Part shown: positions 1 through 6,307 of the stretch, piece by piece | How positions within the stretch are numbered: position 1 is the first letter of the stretch | Layout: each line of letters starts with the position of its first letter | NCBI GenBank assembly: GCA_951406725.2 | Contig: CATOCA020000093.1 | Span: 1 to 6,307, forward strand | Direction of reading: 5' to 3' | Length of the DNA: 6,307 nt | Origin: Octopus vulgaris | Taxonomy: Eukaryota | Notes under the pieces: generated by a model | The model's database searches: none | Told to the model about the DNA's origin: nothing | What the model saw: the letters and a program-made list of their open reading frames with translations, nothing else | Position numbers and translations under genes: made by a program

Positions 1-598
1 GTTCAAGTGGGCTGGACTCACTTGTCCTGCCTGGTCTTTTCACGCACAGCATATTTACAAAGGTCTCGGTCGCTGGTCATTTCCTCAGTGAGACCTAAAG
101 TTCAAAGGTCGTGCTTCACCACCTCGTCCCAAGTTTTCCTGGGTCACCTCTTCCACGGGTTCCCTCCACTGTTAGGGATTGGCACTTTTTCACACACCTA
201 TCTTCATCCATTCTCGCCACATGACCATACCAGCGCAATCGTCTCTTGCACACCACAACTGATGCTCCTTAGGTCCAACATTTCTCTCACGGGTACTAAC
301 GCTCTGACGAGCATGCACACTGACATTACACATCCATCGGAGCATACTGGCTTCACTTTTGCGAGCTTACGCATGTCCTCAGCAGTCACGGCCCATGTTT
401 CACTGCCATGTAGCATGGCTGTTCGTACACATGCATCATACAGTCTATGCCTTTTACTCTGAGCGAGAGGCCTATTAGTCACCAGCAGATGTAGAGCTCC
501 CTAAATTTGCCCAGGCTATTCTTACTCTAGCCGTTACACTTTATAGCACACCCACCCCCACTACTTCTATTTTCCCCTGGAAAGTGACGGATAGTTGT
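1..598 (-). mobile_element. Degenerate, 5'-truncated non-LTR retrotransposon (LINE, RTE clade-like); C-terminal coding region plus start of 3' UTR, continuing beyond the left edge of the window
   Basis: Minus-strand translation joined by hand across frameshifts gives ...ARVRIAWA...RLYDACVRTAMLHGSETWAVTAEDMRKLA...REMLDLRSISCGVQE/RLRWYGHVARMDEDRCVKKCQSLTVEGTRGRG/PRKTWDEVVKHDL*TLGLTEEMTSDRDLCKYAVREKTRQDK*. The L(Y/H)GSETW, RLRW(Y/F)GHV.RM, GRGRPRKTW and DR..W-like motifs in this order are typical of the region C-terminal to the RT domain in RTE-clade LINEs. The clade assignment is from motif recognition, not a database search. Confidence 0.88.
18..598 (-). pseudogene. Disrupted C-terminal fragment of the LINE reverse transcriptase ORF (thumb/C-terminal region only)
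   Basis: Likely natural stop TGA at 20-18. Premature in-frame TGA at 104-102. Frameshifts near 145 (GRG|RP lacks one base), near 241 (QE|RLRW) and several more between ~290 and ~580. The tracked ORF 204..482(-) captures only the LHGSETW segment. No YADD catalytic core lies in the window. Confidence 0.82.
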
Positions 599-610
599 TA
601 TGTATGTATG

Positions 611-676
<66 letters not shown>

Positions 677-1187
677 TGTATGTATGTATATATATATATG
701 TATGTATGTATATATATGTATATATATATATGTATGTATATATATATGTATGTATATATATATATATGTATGTATGTATATATATGTATGTATGTATATA
801 TATATATGTATGTATATATATATGTATGTATATATGTATGTATATATATATGTATGTATATATGTATGTATATATGTATGTATATATATATGTATGTATA
901 TATATATATATGTATGTATGTATTATATATATATGTATATGTATGTATATATATGTATGTATGTATATATATATGTATGTATGTATATATATATATATGT
1001 ATGTATATATATATATGTATGTATATATGTATGTATGTATGTATATATATATATATGTATGTATATATATATATGTATGTATATATATATATATGTATGT
1101 ATATATATATATATATGTATGTATATATATATATATATGTATGTATATATATATATATATGTATGTATATATGTATATATATGTATG

Positions 1188-1223
<36 letters not shown>

Positions 1224-1234
1224 TGTATGTATAT

Positions 1235-1282
<48 letters not shown>

Positions 1283-1327
1283 ATATATATATATGTATGT
1301 ATGTATATATATATATGTATATGTATG

Positions 1328-1360
<33 letters not shown>

Positions 1361-1377
1361 ATATATATATATGTATG

Positions 1378-1408
<31 letters not shown>

Positions 1409-1471
1409 GTATGTATATATATATATGTATGTATATATATATATATGTATGTATATATATATGTATGTATG

Positions 1472-1502
<31 letters not shown>

Positions 1503-1680
1503 GTATATATATATATGTATGTATGTATGTATATATATATATGTATTATATGTATGTATGTATATATATATGTATGTATGTATGTATGTATATATATATG
1601 TATGTATGTATGTATGTATATATATATGTATGTATGTATGTATATATATATATATGTATGTATGTATATATGTATATATG

Positions 1681-1713
<33 letters not shown>

Positions 1714-2028
1714 GTATGTATGTATATATATATATATGTATGTATGTATATATATATGTATGTATGTATGTATATGTATGTATATATATATGTATGTATG
1801 TATGTATATATATATATATGTATGTATATGTATATATATATGTATATATGTATGTATGTATATATATATATATGTATGTATGTATATATATATGTATGTA
1901 TGTATATATATATGTATGTATGTATATATATATGTATATATATGTATGTATATATATATATATGTATGTATATGTATGTATATATATATATATGTATGTA
2001 TATGTATGTATATATATATATATGTATG

Positions 2029-2067
<39 letters not shown>

Positions 2068-2106
2068 ATATATATATATGTATGTATGTATATATATATA
2101 TATATG

Positions 2107-2149
<43 letters not shown>

Positions 2150-2308
2150 GTATATATATGTATATGTATGTATGTATATATATATATGTATGTATGTATA
2201 TATATATATGTATATATATGTATGTATATATATATATATATGTATGTATATGTATGTATATATATATATATATATATGTATGTATATGTATATATATATA
2301 TATATATG

Positions 2309-2357
<49 letters not shown>

Positions 2358-2543
2358 ATGTATGTATATATATATGTATGTATATATATATGTATGTATA
2401 TATATATATATATGTATGTATATGTATGTATATATATATATATATGTATGTATATGTATGTATATATATATATGTATGTATGTATATGTATATATATATA
2501 TATATGTATGTATGTATGTATATATATATATATGTATATATAT
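599..2543. repeat. Very long compound microsatellite of short (TATG)n blocks interspersed with (TA)n runs
   Basis: Directly visible. The + strand has only T, A and G in strict pyrimidine-purine alternation for ~1945 bp, apart from TT phase breaks at 923-924 and 1546-1547. Confidence 0.98.
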
Positions 2544-3331
2544 GGGGAAACAATATGTATAATAATGGTGAAGGATCGTAAGAAATATGATGATACTGAG
2601 GGGTGGGGGGGCAAACGTATATATATATAAATATAGGGTACTGATTTTGATATGCATTGCGTATTGGATATACGTAAGCCCGTAGATATATATACGACAG
2701 ATAGATTTGGGCATGTATGTAAGAAATAAACACCACATAGCGAGATTACGAGGCATGGAGGGGACAGGAAGGGAGATAGTATTGGAGTGAGTACAGAGGG
2801 ATTCAAAAGCGTAAGATGAGATTTTATATGAAAGAATGCTAGACAGCTTATTTATGTTTTTTGTTTGCGATGTGTATATGAGTATGTATATATGGATATG
2901 TTTATGTAGGAGGAATATTGGTGAAACATGGTAAAATAGTATATATTCTCTATGTATGTATATATATATGTAACTATACATATGTAAATATATTGTATGG
3001 GGGTATATGTATGTAACACCGCATATATATACGTATAGAGTCCACGATCATATATATGGTGGTGCTGGTAACCCTTTAAGGCTACTGATGGTTGCATGGT
3101 ATTGGTCTGGTATTAAGGTAGGTACTTAGTAGTATTTGAATCTCAGGCGTATTTGTTGGATGAGGTGGATAGATATATATACGACATTGTAGAGTGGGTT
3201 TGGTATGGTACAGTGATACCTGCACAGAGGGGGTGGTTTTAACATAAACAGGTAGTTCGAGCTTTTGGCCGGATATGGGCCGGTGCTGATGGGTTAAGGT
3301 GGGGGTAGACACAACATGTATGTCGGGTTGT
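2537..3331. repeat. Highly degenerate copies (~1.5 units) of the downstream satellite monomer
   Basis: Monomer landmarks survive in order and in register: TATATGGGGAAACAAT (GGGG at 2544 vs 3588, offset 1044), TGCGTATTGG (2658), ACACCACATAGCGAGA (2730 vs 3771, offset 1041), AAGATGAGATTTT (2813 vs 3350, offset 537), ACTTAG (3124 vs 3662, offset 538), GCGTA (3147 vs 3685, offset 538). Confidence 0.8.
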
Positions 3332-3731
3332 ACCGCGACACAATGGGAGAAGATGAGATTTTTCCCTCTTGGATGAAAGAAAGACAGGATTTGAGATGGA
3401 ATGCTTTGCGATCGTGTGCATAGGTATGTTTCTATGAGGGAAGTTGGGAAAAGATGGGTTGAGAGAATTAGCGACAGAAAAGAAAGACCAAATTTGAGAC
3501 GAGATGTTTTTGCGAAGTTTTTGTAAATGAAAGTTTATATGCTTCAGCTAGCATTTGAGACGAAAGACAACGATAACGCCAATATATGGGGAAACAATAA
3601 TAATAAGAAGGCTTGATGGTGATGATGATACTTGCAAAAACAATGAAAAGAAGGAACATGTACTTAGCTGATATTTTTCATCCTGCGTAGGCTAAGCCTT
3701 TGTGGAAGCGAGTGAGGCGAGATATATATAC

Positions 3732-3806
3732 AGAGAGAGAGAGAGACAGTGATAACAGAGGGAGAAACCGACACCACATAGCGAGACAGTGAGAGAGAGA
3801 GCGAGG

Positions 3807-3837
<31 letters not shown>
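3732..3837. repeat. Pair of (GA)n microsatellite tracts embedded in each satellite monomer (first clean copy given)
   Basis: A short (AG)n run at 3732-3746 and a longer interrupted GA run at ~3782-3837. Equivalent pairs lie at ~4273-4361, ~4783-4886, ~5323-5412 and ~5842-5940, with variable lengths. Confidence 0.92.
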
Positions 3838-4196
3838 GCGTATGACATAGTGATAACAGAGGACAAAACGACACCGCGTATGGGAGAAGATGAGTATTTT
3901 GTAGGCGGCAGAAAGAAAGTGCAGGATTGGTGAGATGGAAATGCTATTGCGATCGTGTGCATAAGTTTCTATGAGTGGAAGTTGGGAAAAGATGGGTTAG
4001 AGAATTTAGCGACAGAAAGAAAGACCAAATTTGAGACGAGATGCTTCAGAAATGATTTTGTATAATGAAAGTTTATATGCTTCAGCTACATTTGAGACGA
4101 AAGACAACGATAACTAATATATGGGGAAACAATAATAATAAGAAGGCTTGATGGTGATGATGATACTTGCAAAAAACAATGAAAAAAAAGAAGGAT

Positions 4197-4240
4197 CAGG
4201 ACTTAGCTGATATTTTCATCCTGCGTATTGGCTAAGCCTG
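4197..4240 (+). other. Imperfect inverted repeat / potential hairpin present once per satellite monomer
   Basis: CAGG-A-CTTAGCTGATA [TTTTCATCCTGCG] TATTGGCTAAG-CCTG. CTTAGC/GCTAAG pair perfectly, TGATA/TATTG pair with two G-U wobbles, and CAGG/CCTG pair beyond a bulged A. A near-identical copy lies at 5769-5810. Function is unknown. Confidence 0.55.
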
Positions 4241-6307
4241 TGGAAGCGAGTGAAGGCGAGATATATATATACAGAGAGAGAGAGAGACAGTGATAACAGA
4301 GGGAGAAATACCGACACCACATAGCGAGAGAGATCCTTTGTAGAGAGAGAGAGAGAGAGAGTATAGTTATAACAGAGGGACAAAACGACACCGCGCAATG
4401 GGAGAAGATGAGATTTTCATGCGGCAGAATAGAAAGACAGGATTTGAGATGGAATGCTTTGCGATCGTTTGTGCATAAGTTTCTATGAGTGGAAGTTGGG
4501 AAAAAATATGGGTTAGAGAATTTAGCGACAGAAAGAAAGACCAAATTTGAGACGAGATGTTTTTGCGAAGTTTTTGTAAATGAAAGTTTATATGGGATTA
4601 TGTATGTATATACTATAAAATATATATATATATATATATGTATGTATATATATATAATAAGAAGGCTTGATGGTGATGATGATACTTGCAAAAACATATG
4701 AAAAGAATGTATATATAAGACTTAGCTGATATTTTTCATCCTGCGTATTGGCTAAATATATGGAAGATTTATGATATATATATAGAGAGAGAGAGAGAGA
4801 GACAGTGATAACAGAGGGAGTTGAAACCGACACCACATAGCGAGAGAGAGAGAGCGATCTGGGAGAGAGAGAGAGAGAGTGAGAGATGTATGTATATAGT
4901 GATAACAGAGGGACAAAACGACACCGCGCATATGGGATGTATATATGATATTTTTATGTAAAGATATACCTGTATATATTTGTATATATATGGTTTACAT
5001 CGGTGCATATAGTATATATATATATATGTATGGGAAAAGATGGGTTAGAGATATTTAGCGACAGAAAGAAAGACCAAATTTGAGGCGAGATGTTTTGCGA
5101 AGTTTTTGTAAATGAAAGTCCATAATGCACTTCATTAGCATTTGGATTGGCAGACAATTTCGATAACGCCAATATATGGGGAAACAATAATAAGGTGACG
5201 GTTGTCGATCGGTGATGATGATACTTGCAAAAACAATGAAAAGGGAAGGAACAGGACTTAGCTGATATTTTTCATCCTGCGTATTGCACAGCCTGTGGAA
5301 GCGAGTGTCGAGATATATATACAGAGAGAGAGAGAGACAGTGATAACGGGGAGAAACCGACACCACATAGCGAGAGAGAGAGGGAGAGAGAGAGATAGAG
5401 AGAGAGAGAGAGACATTCTTGTGATAACAGAGGGACATACGACACCACAACTGGAGAAGATGAGATTGGTGTAACGCATGCAGAAATGAAAGACAGGATT
5501 TGAGATGGCTTCATTTCTCGCGATCGTGTGCATAAGTTTCTATGAGTGGAAGTTGGGAAAAAGATGGGTTAGAGAATTTAGCGACAGAAAGAAAGACCAA
5601 ATTCTGAGACGAGATGTTTTTGCGAAGTTTTTGTAAATGAAAGTTTATATGCTTCAGCTAGCATTTGAGGCGAAAGACAACGATAACGCCAATATATGGG
5701 GAAACAATAGATAATAAGAAGGCTTGATGGTGATGATGATACTTGCAAAAACAATGAAAAGAAGGAACAGGACTTAGCTGATATTTTCATCCTGCGTATT
5801 GGCTAAGCCTTGACAGAGCGAGTGAGCGGAGATATATATACAGAGAGAGAGAGAGACAGTGATAACAGAGTGTCCGACACCACATAGCGAGAGAGAGAGC
5901 GAGGGAGAGAGAGATTTAGAGAGAGAGATAGAGAGAGAGACATAGTGATAACAGAGGGACAAAACGCACCGCACCGCAATGGGAGAAGTATGAGATTTTT
6001 AGGCGGCAGAAAGAAAGACAGGATAATTGAGATGGAATGCTTTGCGATCGTGTGCATAAGTTTCTATGAGTGGGGGTTGGGAAAAGATGGGTTAGAAGAA
6101 TTTAGCGACAGAAAGAAAGACCAAATTTGAGACGAGATGTTTTTGCGAAGTTTTTGTAAATGAAAGGTTTATATGCTTCAGCTAGCATTTGAGACGAAAG
6201 ACAACGATAACGCTATGGGAAACAATAATAATAAGAAGGCTTATGGTGATGATGATACTTGCAAAAACAATGAAAAGAAGGAACAGGACTTAGCTGATAT
6301 TTTTCAT

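Larger units (their letters stand above)
3332..6307. repeat. Tandem satellite array, ~516-539 bp monomer, ~5.7 copies, continuing past the right edge of the window
   Basis: ACTTAGCTGATATTTT recurs at 3662, 4201, 4720, 5256, 5772 and 6288 (spacings 539, 519, 536, 516, 516). TTAGCGACAGAAA recurs at 3468, 4006, 4522, 5055, 5578 and 6102. The intervening sequence is also repeated colinearly. Confidence 0.97.

Noticed and set aside
7-462. 151 aa plus-strand ORF
   Set aside because: It is the antisense shadow of the LINE coding remnant, starts at GTG and has no recognisable motifs.
567-2981. Six long ORFs (396-804 aa) rich in Y/I/M/V/C or Y/I/H/T on both strands
   Set aside because: All stop codons need two adjacent purines, which a strictly alternating pyrimidine-purine tract cannot supply, so all frames stay open by construction. 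Two of the ORFs end exactly at the TT phase breaks (923, 1546). They are not proteins.
3253-3268. GTTCGAGC resembling a Pol III B box / tRNA-derived SINE
   Set aside because: It is an imperfect isolated match in the scrambled zone, with no properly spaced A box and no counterpart in the clean monomers.
5729-5781. Box C/D snoRNA-like pair in the monomer (GTGATGA ... CTGA)
   Set aside because: The boxes span only ~52 nt, the C box is part of a (GAT)n run, and there is no convincing D'/C' pair, terminal stem or recognisable guide.
2852-6130. Many short ORFs (60-164 aa) with recurring SLSLSL and YKLSFTKTSQKH peptides
   Set aside because: They are translations of satellite monomers and (TC)n tracts. 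Frames are not conserved between copies because of frequent indels.
3332-6307. CRISPR-like or other repeat-spacer array
   Set aside because: The whole ~520 bp unit is repeated, there are no unique spacers, no cas-like genes, and the context is eukaryotic.
3332-6307. Hammerhead ribozyme / retrozyme-type tandem repeat, or 5S/tRNA/snRNA gene array
   Set aside because: I found no CUGANGA...GAAA core on either strand of the monomer (CTGATAT does not fit), no Pol III A/B boxes, no cloverleaf and no 5S-like sequence by eye. An Infernal/Rfam scan would be the definitive test.

Overview
This window looks like non-coding animal genomic repeat DNA. I see no intact gene and no prokaryotic-type system. 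From left to right: (1) 1-598, the decayed 3' part of an RTE-clade LINE ORF on the minus strand, with frameshifts, a premature stop and a probable internal deletion; (2) 599-2543, a ~1.95 kb compound (TATG)n/(TA)n microsatellite that produces all the long ORFs in the track as artefacts; (3) ~2537-3331, about 1.5 heavily scrambled copies of a satellite monomer that still keep its register; (4) 3332-6307, about 5.7 head-to-tail copies of a ~516-539 bp satellite monomer. The monomer has internal ~100 bp sub-repeats, embedded (GA)n tracts and a recurrent hairpin. The LINE sequence and microsatellite load suggest a mollusc such as an octopus, but that is an unverified impression. Several oddities, especially length-preserving TA/TATG overwriting of satellite copies, may reflect long-read consensus error rather than biology. 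I did not find convincing evidence of a new biological system.
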